Positions 39,595-54,198 of a DNA stretch of 64,000 nucleotides are shown piece by piece (positions within the stretch are counted from its first letter, which is position 1; every line of letters starts with the position of its first letter). The stretch spans positions 181,722,001 to 181,786,000 of the forward strand of contig OZ024742.1 of the NCBI GenBank assembly GCA_964016885.1, read 5' to 3'. Under the pieces are notes generated by a model. It was not told the DNA's origin. It did no database searches and worked only from the letters and a program-made list of their open reading frames with translations. The position numbers and the translations under genes were made by a program. Origin of the DNA: Eledone cirrhosa. Taxonomy: Eukaryota.

Positions 39595-41934
39595 AATGCA
39601 TATTTTGCTGATGCTATATTTGTATATACAACGTTAACACGCCGCCATTTATTGATAATCTGCTGTTTTTATTCGTGTGTCCCTCTCTCCTCTATTTCTT
39701 CTTTGTTTTCTCTCTATCCTTTCTCTCTTTCCTTTAGCTACGAAACCTGACGACAGACCACATTCATCTGGCATTTTACATGCCATTTCTGTTGTCTACT
39801 AATTTCTAGTCGTAATTATTTATGTATTTTTTCTTTTTTTTTTGTCAACATCCGTAAATTTTCTCATGCATTCTTTGTGTTATCATCTCACATGCATCTT
39901 ACCAATAGAGTGGTTCTCCTATGTACACATATACATGTATATATTTATATATATATATATATTTGATATATATTTATCCTTCTCGAGCCCTCTTTGGATT
40001 TTAGTCTTCAAATTTATATTATTACTATATATATATATATATATATATATACATACACACGCACACGTGTATATGCACACACACATACACACACATACAC
40101 ACACACACAACACACACCTGTGCTTGTAAGTACGAAGCTATAAGCAAAAGTATGCTAATATAAGATTGTGTCTGTGTGTATATAGAGCTGTGAAGGGAAA
40201 AGTGTAGTGTGCGTATTTTGTTGGTCTGTATTAGTTGTAAGAGTATATGTTTCTGACCATAAGAGAGCCAGAGGAATCTAGGGGTAAATGTACTAGCACG
40301 TGTGTGATAACGGACGGGGTATTAAAGATATTGGGGGGGGGGAGTTGAGTCCATGAGTGAAACAGGACGCAAGGTGGTAAATCAGACTTTGTTCAGTCCT
40401 CGTGCGCGAGGCCTGATCCGTGATGTAAAAGGACACCCAGGACTGAGACATGTAGGGAAGAGTGACCCGTAGAACGGAAATGACGGGTGACGCCAGTATC
40501 CAAACCGAGTCGTATGTCCTTCAAATGTTCAGCAAAAGGGTTCGCCAAACGGCGTCATGTTTGACCGATGTACAAGGACCCGCGAAGGGAACACCGTAGG
40601 GCATAGACAACGTGGGTAGAAGTGCAGGTGAGGGAGTGGCGGATACGGAAAGACCCGTTGGGGCCTGTGAGAGTGGTGAGTGTGGAAATGAAAGGACAAG
40701 TGTTATATATATATGTATATATACAAAGAATTTCGTATTCTTATTTTAGAAACATCTCCATCCACCATCCAAAATTAAAAGGAACAACGGACACAATAAT
40801 TAAAATAGAAAGTTTCATAGAAAAATGAAACTCCAGGATATAATTTTTATTTCTGATGATTTTAATGCTCACCACCCGAGAAAAAAGAACTGCATAAAAG
40901 AAAATTAATATCTGTTAGAAAATTAATATCTTTTATATCAAAACCTTTGTATATTTCATGTAAAACGTCGATCACACTAGGAAGAGGACGGGAAGAATGT
41001 ATGCGTGCGTGAGAGAGAGAGAGGGAGAGAGAGAGTGAGAGAGAGTGGTTAATGTATATATTATTTGTGTATATATAAAAGTTATAAACAAAGCTATTTT
41101 AAATGTCGTATTGATATTTAATACTTAACGGTTGTTTCTAAGTAAATCGTGGACATTTCACGGCGTCAGCTACAGCAAATATAGTTTTATTCTATATACA
41201 GTACCTGATTCGCTATCCTACAGATATTTTCGCAACATAACCTCAACCATAGAGCATTAAATGGTCGTTCCTGTTATCCTTTTCTTATTAAAACTGTTGA
41301 AAGTTAGATTATATAATGGATTTAATATATGAACAGAACGAACAAATTCCTCCTCGTGTCCTTAAAACCTGATCGTGTTGTAGGGGCAAATTTGTGATTG
41401 ATATACGGCATGTCTTAGAGATCTAAACCTGGCCGAGCCCATTTCTCCCGTTTCTTTGAACAGAGTTACTTTCTTTTAGAGACGAGAGAGAGAGGGGGGG
41501 GGAGTAGTGAGAGAGAGAGAGAGACTAAGAAGGAAATACTGATACAGAAGCAGTGAGAAATTGACATAGACGACGAATCGACTGATGTACTGGACTGGGA
41601 CTTTATCTATCGATCTCGAAAGGATGACAGGCAAATATGACATTAGCTGGATTGAACTCAGAAAGTGGAGATCAAGAGAGAATACTGCAAAGTCTTCTAA
41701 CCGACGTTCTAACCACTCTGCCACTTCACCGCTTAAACGGAAGAAAACAAATCAACAACAAAACATTACTCATAATAACTGCCGATGAAATGAAGCATGT
41801 GGAAAAAAATAATTATCACTTTTACAAAAAAAATCGATTCGATAGATTTTACTCAATATTTGGAAGTACTATTATCATCTCCAAACGCATTGAACAATAT
41901 TGAATCAATCAAAGAACAAAAAATTGTGTGTACA

Positions 41935-42199
41935 AATATTCTTTTAATAAAATTCAAAATAGATATATTTCAAAAGTACCAATTCCTCGTATCAATTCGA
42001 CAATAATAATAACGTATGGTGAAGCGAAAAATTAAATGACTTAAGAAGAAAAATGTTCAACTCAGTATATAAATTGAATTACCATACCAATGATTCTAAT
42101 TATATATATTTTTTCGCTTCACCATACGTTATTATTATTGTCGAATTGATACGAGGAATTGGTACTTTTGAAATATATCTATTTTGAATTTTATTAAAA

Positions 42200-42204
<5 letters not shown>
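41935..42204. mobile_element. Fold-back element with degenerate HHR
   Basis: Arms ~41935-42032 / ~42109-42204; tcgaat-tgatacga-ggaattggtactttt-GAAA-tatatc-TA-ttttga; ends at (TA)n. Confidence 0.65.
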
Positions 42205-42242
<38 letters not shown>

Positions 42243-42246
42243 ATAT

Positions 42247-42316
<70 letters not shown>

Positions 42317-42739
42317 TAGCTGGCCCGGCTAGGCTAGGTATACCGGTATTTTATCTTTTCAGGAATCACCCCTCCACTCCAGAGCAAAAGATACTGCACG
42401 CCCTCTCAAGTCAGCGAGGGGGGTGTGGGGTTAACGTGCTCTGATGTTGGGTTTGAATAATTTTTAGGATGCCCCAGTTCAGCAGCCAGTATGTTAAAGA
42501 AAATTGATGGTTACAACAATAAAGGCTGAACAGAGAACCAATTTTTTTAACAAACTTTACAATAATTTGTGCAACCATAATGGAAATTCCAAGTAACAGA
42601 AAATACATAAATTACATTGTTAGAGCCTCAGCGTAAGCAATATTTTTTGTTCGGCCCTCGGGAGCAAAGATGAAGAGATTGTTTGGCGGGCTCACTCTAG
42701 AGCATCCTACATACAATTGACCAAAACGAATTTTAAACA

Positions 42740-43601
42740 ACTAATAATTGTAAATACTATTAGATATATACTTAGAATATATTTTCCCCAAATTAACGTT
42801 ATATAAGTTTTATTCATCCTATCTTGTCTATTTCTTCTCTCTATCTCTCTCGTAATATTGTTTATCTTTATGCCCTTATATTTTTTCTCTCTCTTTCTCC
42901 AGTGTCATTTAAATAAACGGTTGTTTTTCAATTATTTACATATTCATTCGAATATTCACACATAAGTTTGAATAATCCCTAATATATTCCCACTATCCAG
43001 TGAATTTCCAACAAATAAGGTATGATTTTCATGGGTATCTCTCTATTTATAAAACAAACTTTGTATTTTATCTGATGAAAGCGAACCAATGTTGTCTTGG
43101 TACCCTTGAAATATATATAATAAAATAAATATGGTTTTATAAATATAGTTTCCATTTATTTAATATCATTGTATATATATCAATAGTATTAATAAATGGA
43201 AACTATCTTTATAAAACCATATTTATTTATTATATATATTTCAAGGGGACCAAAATATTTGGTACGTTCTCATCAGATAAAATATACAAGTTGTTTTACA
43301 GATAGTGACATATTCAAAATAAGAACTTATCGTTTTAAGTTCTGTTTGAATAGAACTTAAAACGATAAGTTCTTGTTTTGAATATGTCATTATCTGTAAA
43401 ACAACGTTTTTTTATCTGATGAGAGCATACCAAATATTTTGGTACCCTTGAAATATATATAATAAAATAAATATGGTTTTATAAAGATAGTTTCCCTTCA
43501 TTAATACTATTGATATTATACTCCAGAAGATTCTTGTAGAGTGCTTCTAATCTGTTATAAACTAATTTTGTTGAATAACCAACAAATTAAATAACTCATT
43601 G

Positions 43602-43604
<3 letters not shown>
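42740..43604 (+). mobile_element. Family A PLE 3' remnant followed directly by a family A fold-back
   Basis: HHRs at 43066-43125 (+), 43226-43282 (-), 43410-43467 (+); palindrome ~43179-43515 centred near 43348; tail to 43604. Confidence 0.85.
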
Positions 43605-43650
<46 letters not shown>

Positions 43651-43707
43651 TATATATATGTTATGGAATACTGTTAGCTTCTCGCTACAACAATTTCTAT
43701 ACTTTTC

Positions 43708-43785
<78 letters not shown>

Positions 43786-43866
43786 GTATGTATATATATA
43801 TGTATGTATATATATATATATGTATGTATGTATATATATATGTATGTATATATATATATATGTATG

Positions 43867-44078
<212 letters not shown>

Positions 44079-44134
44079 TAACAAAGAAGGTGTGGTAAGA
44101 TACCAGGTGAACAACCGCCGGGGTCTTGACTCCT

Positions 44135-44217
<83 letters not shown>

Positions 44218-44849
44218 TAACAAATAAGGTGTGGTAAGATACCAGGTGAACCATAACGCACAACCGCCGGGGTCTTGACTCCTTTCACACACACAAATAT
44301 ATATATATAACTGTTTGGAGTTAGAAGGCCAGGACAAAGCAGGTATAGATATAGAATATAAATACAAATGCATAATATATTACTGACAATTAGTCTTTTA
44401 CCTTAAATTTATTTGAATAGCCTTAATATTCGAGATAATATCTCCTCTTTGGATGGAAGTAAAGGGGTTAATCCAGTGTTCTAATTAGCTTGCCAAGTCA
44501 TGCTGACAGGAAATAGTATAGACATTCCATTCTATTTCTAATGTCAAAGAGTGAAGGTTAGGTGGATAAAGGGTTGGGACATGTATGTCTATGTGTGTGT
44601 GGGAGAATACGTGAAGGTGTAAGCATGCGTGTGTGTATGAGTGTGATAGGATATGTTTATATGTAAATGTGGGGATTAGATGCTCTATCATGTTAAAACT
44701 GGTCTGTGTATGTGTATGTGTGTGTGTGAGAGAATAAGTGAAGGTGTAAGCGTGCGTGTGTGTGTCTGTGTGTGAGATGGTGCGTGTGTGTGTCTGTGTG
44801 TGAGATGGTGCGTGGAGGTGTAAGTGTGGGGCTACGTGCTCTATCACGT

Positions 44850-45770
44850 TAACAATTGGGTGTTGAGTTCTAGTCTGTTATTGATTGGTGGTTGTGTTTT
44901 GTTTATAATTAGTGCTTCTTTAATTCTAAGATTGCCGAGCTTTCTTTCCTTAGCTTCTATCCTAACTATTATGTTTTAGTTGGTGTTTTTGCATTTAACT
45001 AGGTGTTTCTTAAATGAGGAAGCGTTAGTATTTAGGTGTTCTTTTATTCTAATGTGAAGTGGTCTGGTGGTGCTATCTATGTAGAAATTGCTGCATTAGT
45101 CGCACTCTAATCTGTATACGACGTAAGCCTGGTGGCATAGGTCTGTGTCGTCGATGGGGCAGTTGGCTAGCCTGCAGTGGCTGTCATGTCTGGTGGAGTG
45201 TCTTTTGGTTAGCTGTCCGCGTAGAGAAGGTCCTGAGTGGGCTAGCTGGATATCTAGTCCCTCTCGTCTGATAGCTCTGCGGATGGCTGTTGTTGTTACG
45301 TCACTGAAGTTTGGGAGCTTCAGGAAGCAGGTGTTAGTGCCTCGGGTGTGGTGTCCTCTGTTGTTTCTGGCACGGTTCGCGGTGGACGTCGGGTATCCGT
45401 TCAGTTTAAGTACTTCCAGGAAATGTGTGGTGTGCGTGTCCCGGTCTCTTGCGTCGGTGCATTTGTTCCGGATACGTGTAGTTCGTTCTTTATGTATCCG
45501 AACTTAGCGCTGACTGGGAGGGCTGATCTGAAATGTACGAACAGGTCCCTGCTGGCGGCTTTTTTATAGAAGCAGGTGTGGATGTCGCCTTCCTCTGTTA
45601 CCCTGGGTTGGAAGTCCAATAGGGATAGCGATCCGCGGTCATCGGGTTGTTCCATGCTGAACTTTATATTGGTGTCCATGCTGGAGAATGTAATGTATAT
45701 GTTATCCGCTTCTTCACAGGATGATGTAAGGATGAGTATGTCATCTACATATCGGGTGAAGAAGGTATAC
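44850..45770 (-). pseudogene. Degraded Penelope-like RT-GIY-YIG fragment (non-Naiad, RYVDD type)
   Basis: FTRYVDDILIL..IKFSMEQPDD..SLLD..FYKK; downstream LCHQAYVVYRLECD*CSNFYIDSTRPLHIRIKEHL. 5' truncated at (TA)n. Confidence 0.85.
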
Positions 45771-45851
<81 letters not shown>

Positions 45852-45854
<3 letters not shown>

Positions 45855-46344
45855 GATATTAAATAAATGGAAACTATATTTATAAAACCATATTTATTTC
45901 ATTATATATATTTCAGGGATATCATATTAACAATATGTTATGCCTTCTTCAGACAAAATACAATATAGACAGTTTTATAGATAAATAGATTTGACATACC
46001 GTTCAACATCGACTTGTATTTGAAAAAGTTGATTTGGCAGTGAAAAAATTGTAAACAGAAAGTTTTCACTGCCAAATCAACTTTTTCAAATACAAGTCGA
46101 TGTTGAACGGTATGTCAAATCTATTTATCTATAAAACTGTCTATATTGTATTTTGTCTGAAGAAGGCATAACATATTGTTAATATGATATCCCTGAAATA
46201 TATATAATGAAATAAATATGGTTTTATAAATATAGTTTCCATTTATTTAATATCGTAAATATACTCCAAATACTTGTTGAGTGTTTTTATATCAGTTATA
46301 AATATTTACTAGTTGTAACCCAACAATTTAAATATAACTTTCCA
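45852..46344 (+). mobile_element. Fold-back hammerhead element, family A, apparently perfect 195-bp arms
   Basis: Arms 45852-46046 / 46063-46257, 16-nt loop. HHR on + 46151-46212 and on - 45897-45958. Tail 46258-46344. (TA)n both sides. Confidence 0.9.
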
Positions 46345-46353
46345 TATATATAT

Positions 46354-46439
<86 letters not shown>

Positions 46440-46701
46440 TAAAATAACAGATTAAAGTTTAAGCAAAGAATCGCTGCCTTCACCCTTTTTTTTATTATTA
46501 TTATATATATATATATATATTCGCAATCGTAAGGTGGTGAGTTCGATTCCGGGACCAGGCGATGCGTTATGTCCTTGAGCAAGACACTTTATTTCACGTT
46601 GCTCCGTCTACCTGGAGTTGCGACCAATAGATAGTATTAGCAATTGGAAAGACCAACAGAAACATTGTTCCCTCGGTCCGATTTGACGAAAGTCGATCGT
46701 T

Positions 46702-46760
<59 letters not shown>

Positions 46761-46949
46761 GTTTAAACATGTTTATACAAAACGAATAATTAGACAAGGA
46801 TTGTTATTAAGACATTTAATCGATTAACGACCGTTTCGCTTGACTAATCAGAATGAAATAAATTTCAATATTGGAAGAATAGCTCACCAGAGTCAAATAA
46901 ATTCAAATAATAAGTGTCCAACACCTCAATTCAATTATTTTTCCTCTGG

Positions 46950-47645
46950 CGAAAATTTCTAGCTCCATGTACAGATCACCAACTGGTGGAGTGTACATGG
47001 CCTTTGTCTTTTTATACTAATAATTAGCTTAAATGCAATTGATGCATAGGAAAAGGTGTCCAAAATCAACTACATTTCCTCAACTGTGTGAGCACCAAAA
47101 TCAGCATGCGGGAACTCCCTGACAAAAGTGCCAAATGTTTTGGATTTAAGTTAAAACGTCAGAGATATTTTGCCAGACGTTCTAAATCACAAGTATGCAG
47201 AATTTCGAATTGTTGGAAAGCATATGTCAGCAGCACGGCGAAGTGGATAGAGAACAGAATGTGTACAGGTAGGTTGCCCTGCTTAATACCGTTTTCCACT
47301 GAAATTGACTCTGAAAGTAAGTCTCCCATTGAAGTAATTTTGCCTTATGGAGGGAGTTTTTTTAATATTCCAACAAATTCATGAGGACATACAAGTTTCC
47401 CCAATATGACCCACAATGCACTACGATTAATAGTATCGAAGACGTTAGTATGGTCCACAAATACTTGGTACAGTGGCAGTCGGTGCTCAACAAACTTTTC
47501 CATTAGCCGGTGCGTTAGGATCCTGGATAAGACTTTTCCTACCGATCCAAGCAGACCTATACCACGATAATAACTACATCCAGACTTGGAGCCCCTGCCC
47601 TTGTAAATCGACAGCAAAATTGCATCTACTCAGTGTTGTGGGACA
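46950..47645 (-). pseudogene. RTE-clade LINE reverse transcriptase fragment, degraded
   Basis: IYKGRGSKSGCSYYRGIGLLGSVGKVLSRIL, VFVD..FDTINRSALW..L.K, GIKQG motifs. Confidence 0.85.
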
Positions 47646-49629
47646 GGCTTATATATATATATAATAATAAGGGTTGACGGACCCAGCATATTTATCTTAT
47701 ATATATTTATATGTATACAATATACGCTATATATATATAACACATACAATATACATAATGCATGGAGTATATGAAATTTATATAACATATACGATATATG
47801 AAAATGTAATAAATATATACAATAAAAGGAATGTATAGAATATATTCAATAAATTTATAGCGATGTGCTAATGAATATATGTTAATTATTATAAAAGCAA
47901 AGTATGGCTAATATTTTTTATACTCGCAATTCATATTTTGAATGACTAAAAATATTGAAAAACGAGTGAATAAAATTCTCAGATTTATCGGAAATTCAAA
48001 AGAAGTGAATAAAAATGAACCTGTAGATAGATATGCAATATATATTTAGTGCTAGTCTTAATAATAAATATATTCCTTCTCCTTTCTGTTATGTCGCAGT
48101 GTCTCCTTACTGTCCTGGAGTTAGAAATACTTTTAATATTAGATTCTGTAAAAATCACTATAATGTCATCACCTCAATCATTCTAACGTTAGCTGAAGGA
48201 GTGTGACGTCATTGACATTGTTTGCAAACATTATGGCGGTGTCATCAGTAACAGGTCTGTGATTTAGTTATTGTTCAATCTTTCACAACGATTCTTACAT
48301 CATCGACATTGAGAATATTTTATGAGCTGTTGTTATTCTTAAGTTCTAGATTTTGTAATAATTTCATTTATTTATTCATATTGTGAAAGCACGTGGCTTA
48401 ATTGTTAACATGTTCGACTCTGGATTGTAAGGTCGTGAGTTCGATGGCCGGCAGTGTGTTGTGTACTTGAGCACGATTTTATTAGCAACTATGGCATGAG
48501 TATAAGAGCTTACCATTAGAATGTCTCTGTTAAATGAAATGAACCTCCACCAGTTCATCCAGTTGATTGATCTTCCAGTTGATCCATCTTACAGTTGATC
48601 GACTTTCCATTTGATCGATCAACAGTACAATCTGCTTGTGAAATTAACGTGCAAGTGGTTGAGAATTTCACAGATATGTGAAGACTTGATATAAATCTCA
48701 GGGAGATTCAGCGTGACACTGTGTAACAAAGCTGCTTCTTTGAATTGTATTCGCAGACTTTTCGATGGGCTTCCAAGTAATTTCTGTCTATCCAATTTCA
48801 GTCACAAAATATGTGTCAACCGAAGGTGTAGTCAAGGACACATGTCCAAAATGCTTTGCAGTGGGATCAAATCTGAGACCTTATAATTGTGGAGCGAACT
48901 TCTTAATCATTCGGCCATGCTAGCTTAATGTTAAAGCTGTTAAAGGACACTTGTTCTTAATCAGGGTAATCTAGGATATATGGCTTTTACAAGATCTATA
49001 GGGCTCGTAGATATGCGGGGACACTTGCTCTCGTTAGTCAGGGTAATGTAGGACCTCTGGCTTTTACAAGATCTATAAGGTTCACAGGTGTGCGGAGAAA
49101 CTTGCTCCCATTAGTCAGGGTAATCGAGTATATATTGGATTCTAAGCTTTCTTCTTCGAACTGCCAGATTTTGGAACTCTCTTCTATCTCCTTGTTTTCC
49201 TTCTTATGACCAGAACTCTTTCAACTCGAAAGTAAATTAATTTCTTTCGACTTCATTTCTCCTTCATAGTCCCTTACACTAAGGAGCTTTACACCTTGTT
49301 TGGGACTTCCAGGACAAAAAAGAATTACTATCCCCTAGGTTGACTGAGGTGTTTTCATACTATATGTCTATATTATTGCTTTCTCATACTGGCTTTTTCG
49401 CCTTCGTAATGTCCTCTCATCTGGCGTTATTGAGACAACCCCCCACCCCACCACAAAAACAACAACAACAATATAACTCGTTTTTTGTGCTATTGTTTTT
49501 GTTGTAGTTGTTGCTATTACCATTATTTATGTTATTATTAGATGCAGACCCTACGATCAAATGCTTTCCAGCCATGATATTCCTATCTTTTTAGTTTTGA
49601 CCAGTGACCACTCATTGATACTCCTGCTA

Positions 49630-50797
49630 AATAATTGTTTCTACTTTTAGCAGAAAGCTACCAATTATCCCAGGCCATTACTGTGAACTCACGACGTAAA
49701 GGGTTATAACTCTATGCTGTAAAGCATGGTGTCTGAGTATCGGTAGAGCGTCAGACACCATGCTTTACAGCATAGAGTTATGGCCTTTTACGTTCTGAGT
49801 TCAATTCCCGCCGAGGGTAACTTTGCCTTTCATCCTTACGGGGTCAATAAAATAAAGTACCAGTAATGCACTGTGGTAATTGCTGGCCGTGTGCCAAAAG
49901 TAGAAACAATTATTATCGGGTAAAATAATTTAATACAAATTCCATCTTTGACTATTGATCATAAAATCTATTATCATACTCTATGTAGAAACATGCTTTG
50001 CGGTATATAGTTACAACACTTTACCGTTTGAGTTCAAATCCTACCAGGGTTAGCTTTGCCTTTCATCCTTACGGGGTCGATATAATAAAGCACCAGCAAC
50101 GTACTGAGGTCGATTTAATCTACTTTCCGCTCCCCCAAATTACTGGCCATGTCCCTATACTAGAAATAGAAATTATTAGAGATGGTGGTGGATTGGCAGT
50201 ATTGGTAGAGAGTCGGACGCCATGCTTTGACGCATAGAGTTACGGCCCTTGCCATTCCGAGTTCAAATCCAGCCGAGGTTAACTTTGCCTTTCATCCTTA
50301 TGGGGTCGATAAAATAAAGTACCAGTAATGTACTGGGTAATTGCTGGCCTTGTGCCAAAAGTAGAAACAATTATTATTAGAATTGTTGGATTGCCCGAAT
50401 CGTTAGAGTGTCGGCTGAAATGTTTGCGGGATTTAGTTACGACTCTTTATGTTCTGAGTTCAAAACCCGTCTAGGTAAACTTTGTTTTTAATCCTTCAGA
50501 GGTCGATAAAATAAAATACCAGTCAAGTACTGGTCTTGTGTCTAAAGCAGAAATCGTTACAAGAATTGGTAGGGAGTGGGGGATTGATAGTATTGGTAGA
50601 TCGATGGCTAAAATGAAATTATGGCATTTATTCTGACTCCTTACATTCTGAGTTCAAATCCTGCCGAGGTTTGCTTTACCTTTCATCCTTACAGGGTCGA
50701 TAAAATAAAGTACCAGTCACGAATTGGGGTCGATTTAATCAACTTTCCCCTCCCCCACAATTGCTGGCCTTGTGCCTAAATCAGAAACCATTATTAT
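49630..50797 (+). mobile_element. Chain of about 5 family-1 SINEs, the first forming a head-to-head fold-back
   Basis: Repeated B box gagttcaa..cc and core ctttcatcctta.ggggtcgata; 49630-49737 inverts parts of 49752-49915. Confidence 0.85.
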
Positions 50798-52007
50798 ATC
50801 TGTTACTATCAGTATTGTTATCCTAATAGTGTAATTATGTTTCGCTTTCTTTCCAGTGTGTGATTATTATGAGATTCTTTATCCAATGATTTGCGTGAAA
50901 TCTTGTTTCCATTATATTTCTAGCAATAACAATTTAGATTTGGATTAAATCCACGTATCCATGGAAACTTCATCGAAGTTTTATTATTGCTGCTATTATT
51001 GCTGTTATCTTCAGAGTCTTCTGTTCTACCTCCAGTTTATTTCATGCCGTCAGTGAAGCTGTTGTCTTACAGCGATTGCTCTTCACAAGCAAAGATTTAA
51101 CGAAATATATTCACTTACTCAACACATTGTGAATTTACCCAGAATTTTATCACGGATAATTCCAGTATCTATTCTAACAAGCGATCGAATACATGCACGT
51201 GTGTTTTTGTGTGTAAGTGTGTGTGAAGGCGCGTGACTTAGTGCTTGGCTAAGGATCGTAAGGTCATGAATTTGAGTCCCGGTGGTGCATTGTGTCTTTG
51301 AGTTAGACACTTTATTTTACGTTGTTCTCGCTCATTCAGCTGACAAAAATGAATTGTGCTTGCAATGCAAAGGGCCAGGCTGTCATACACTATGTCATGT
51401 TAAATTTTCCTGAGATCCACGTTAAGAGCACACATATCTGTGGAATGGATCACGGGTTAAGTACCTCACACCGAAATTAAATGTAGATTATATAAACCTA
51501 TTGTATACAAGTCTATATTTACCTTTATTCTGAAAAAACAAAGTTTATTTCAGATTAATTGTTAGTTTACATGCTTCTTTTGATATCAAATTGATTATTT
51601 TATTTCTTGTGTCAGTTCCCACGGAGTGTGCTCCAGTTTAAGGACACGTAATATTTTTCTCCTTCGTCTTATTTGCTCGGTATACTCACATAAAATTGAC
51701 CTCCGTCGGTTTCAACGACAAGTGCTTTTATTGTTCAATCAACTAAACACTCTACTCATGAAAACGTGTAAATAGCTGAGCAATCCATAGACACGTGTAT
51801 TCTTAACATTTGATTGTGCCTTTGAAATAAAGGCACAATCAATCCGACGGGCATCCTAAAAACTCCCATCTACTAGATTTCAATAACAAACAAGGGGCAT
51901 ATCAAGGGTATGGCACTTGCCCGTGATGCCATGTAGCGGGATAGAACTGAGGAACTAATTCATTGCGAAGTGAACTCATTGACCATTCGGCCATACGTCG
52001 TCCACAA

Positions 52008-52237
52008 ATGGCTATCCTCAAACTATATGTGACGTCTATCTATTTCCTCAATAACTATGGATGGCTATAGCTCCACAAACTATATGTGACGTTTATCTAC
52101 TTCCCCAATAATTATAGATGGCTATAGCTTCCACAAACTATATATGCTTTCTACCCAATTACCTAATAACTATGGATGGCTATAACTTCCTCAAACTATA
52201 TATGATGCCTATCTACTTCTCCAATAACTATAGATGG
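52008..52237 (+). repeat. Short tandem repeat, ~58-bp unit x4
   Basis: atggctatagct.c.caaactatatgtgacgt.tatctacttc..caataactat repeated. Confidence 0.8.
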
Positions 52238-52856
52238 TACGCAGCGGGATTTAACACAGAAGCTAAATGATTGCGAAGCTAATTCCTTTACTATTCGGCT
52301 ACGATTCGTTCACGATCTACCATATAATTTTATAGTACAGTTATGGTGTTAATTATGAGTATTAGAAATATATAGTGGAGGCTGTAATGGAAAGGTAAGT
52401 TCGTCGATTACAATTCTTTCGGTTATGATTCCGTATTGGAAATTATTCTTTTACATCATTAATGCACATAGAAATATCATGAATGTACCAATTCCTCACT
52501 TTCTTCTCAATAAACCCGAATTCGGGAATAATAGAATCATCGAAATCTTGACTTCGAAGACATCTTCAATAGACCAATCAGTAGTTCACTGTATTTCCGA
52601 ATGACACAGAAAGAGGTTTGTGTGTGTGTGTGAGTGTGTGTGTTTGCGCGTGTGTGTGTTTGTGCGTGTGTGTGTGTTTGTTTGTGTAAAGATTTGTGTG
52701 TATACGTGCATATGTTTCAGTATATGTATATGTGTATGTGTGTATTCGCTTGTGTAAGGATTTGTGTGAATGCATGCATGTGTTTCTGTATATGTGCGCG
52801 CATGTGCGTGCATCTATGTGTGTGCATGTATGTTTATCTCTGTGTGTGTGTGTATG

Positions 52857-52911
<55 letters not shown>

Positions 52912-53709
52912 ATGCGTGTATGTATGGATGTGTGTTTGAATTGTGTGTGTTGGGGGATGAGTGTATGTGTACATGCGTGTGTATATGTGTGTGTATATGT
53001 GTCTGCATTTGTGCGTGCGTATGTTTGTGTATGCGTGTATCTGTGCATGCGTGTGTGTGCGTGTACATTTGTTGTTTTAAACTTTTAAAAAGTTTCTATT
53101 CCAGCCTCAGAGTTGATGGCAACTACAGTTTCTTGAAAAACCAATTTGGTGTATGTTTTGGTGTTAGGATATGAAGAGGGCGAATATAGGTGTGGTGGAC
53201 ATCGTTGTTTATTAAATAATTGTAGGTGATTATTTTCCCCAACAATTTTTTTTTTTTGGGGGACGATCGACTTTCGTCAAATCGGACCGAGGAAACAATG
53301 TTTCCGTTGGTCTTTCCATTTGCTAATACTATCTATCGGTCGCAACTCCAGGTAGAAGGAGCAACGTGAAATAAAGTGTCTTGCTCAAGGACATAACGCA
53401 TCGCCTGGTCCAGGAATCGAACTCACAACCTCACGATTGTGAATCCAATTCTCTAACCACTCAGCCACGCGCCTTCACATATGTGATGTAAAATGCATAT
53501 AAAATACACACAACACAGAAAAACAAGATGGTGTAGGACAGAACAAAAGAGAGACAGAAACCTAGTCACGGCGGAGGTCACACTTTCAATAATGACCAGA
53601 AGTCGACCCTAAATATTACTAATAGCTTTAGGAAAGCCATGAATGACACCAAATCTTTTTTAATTTGATTTTGAAAGTAGGTTTATAATTATCAATTTTC
53701 ACTAAAGTT

Positions 53710-53831
53710 TTATAGCTGTCTCGGTGGCCTTCTTGGAGGAATCATAGACGGTGGTGATCCCGATCTGAAGTTCGATTCTGGTCGGGAGTAAGGTTCCCGG
53801 TAAACCTTATCAGTTTTTTTTCTATTAAAAA
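53710..53831 (-). CDS. Candidate terminal coding exon of an unidentified host gene
   Basis: Minus-strand acceptor ttaccctttttcag, then phase-1 frame FNRKKTDKVYREPYSRPESNFRSGSPPSMIPPRRPPRQL*; non-repetitive DNA. Confidence 0.4.
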
Positions 53832-54198
53832 CTGAAAAAGGGTAAACGCACTTGACTAGGATTGAACCCAAGGTCAGGATTTCCATCGTCTCTCGTACAT
53901 ACCAATAGGCCACAGAAACAACTTCGAAAGTCTTATGAAAATTCCTGCTTATAAACCTACTTTCAAAATGTTCAAAACAAAATGATGAGGTGTCGTTCAT
54001 ATCTTTCTTAATGTTATTGCTCCTACTTAAGATCGACTACTACATCATTTGGGTGTTCCATAAACTACATCCTCGTTTTGTTTCTCATCTATCTAGACTA
54101 CTTTTAACCTGTAATCCATGTTTCATTTCTGTTCCACCTCATTTCCCTCCCCACCCTCTCTGTCTCTCTGTGATATTTGAATCTACTATGATTTGGGC

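Noticed and set aside
40745-40880. LINE endonuclease trace (IFISDDFNAHHP)
   Set aside because: Single short motif with stops nearby; too little to delimit an element.
45852-46257. Palindromes as DNA-transposon MITEs or read chimeras
   Set aside because: Asymmetric tails, variable turn points, hammerhead cores and arm mismatches in sister copies argue against fixed TIRs or artefact, though read validation is still needed.
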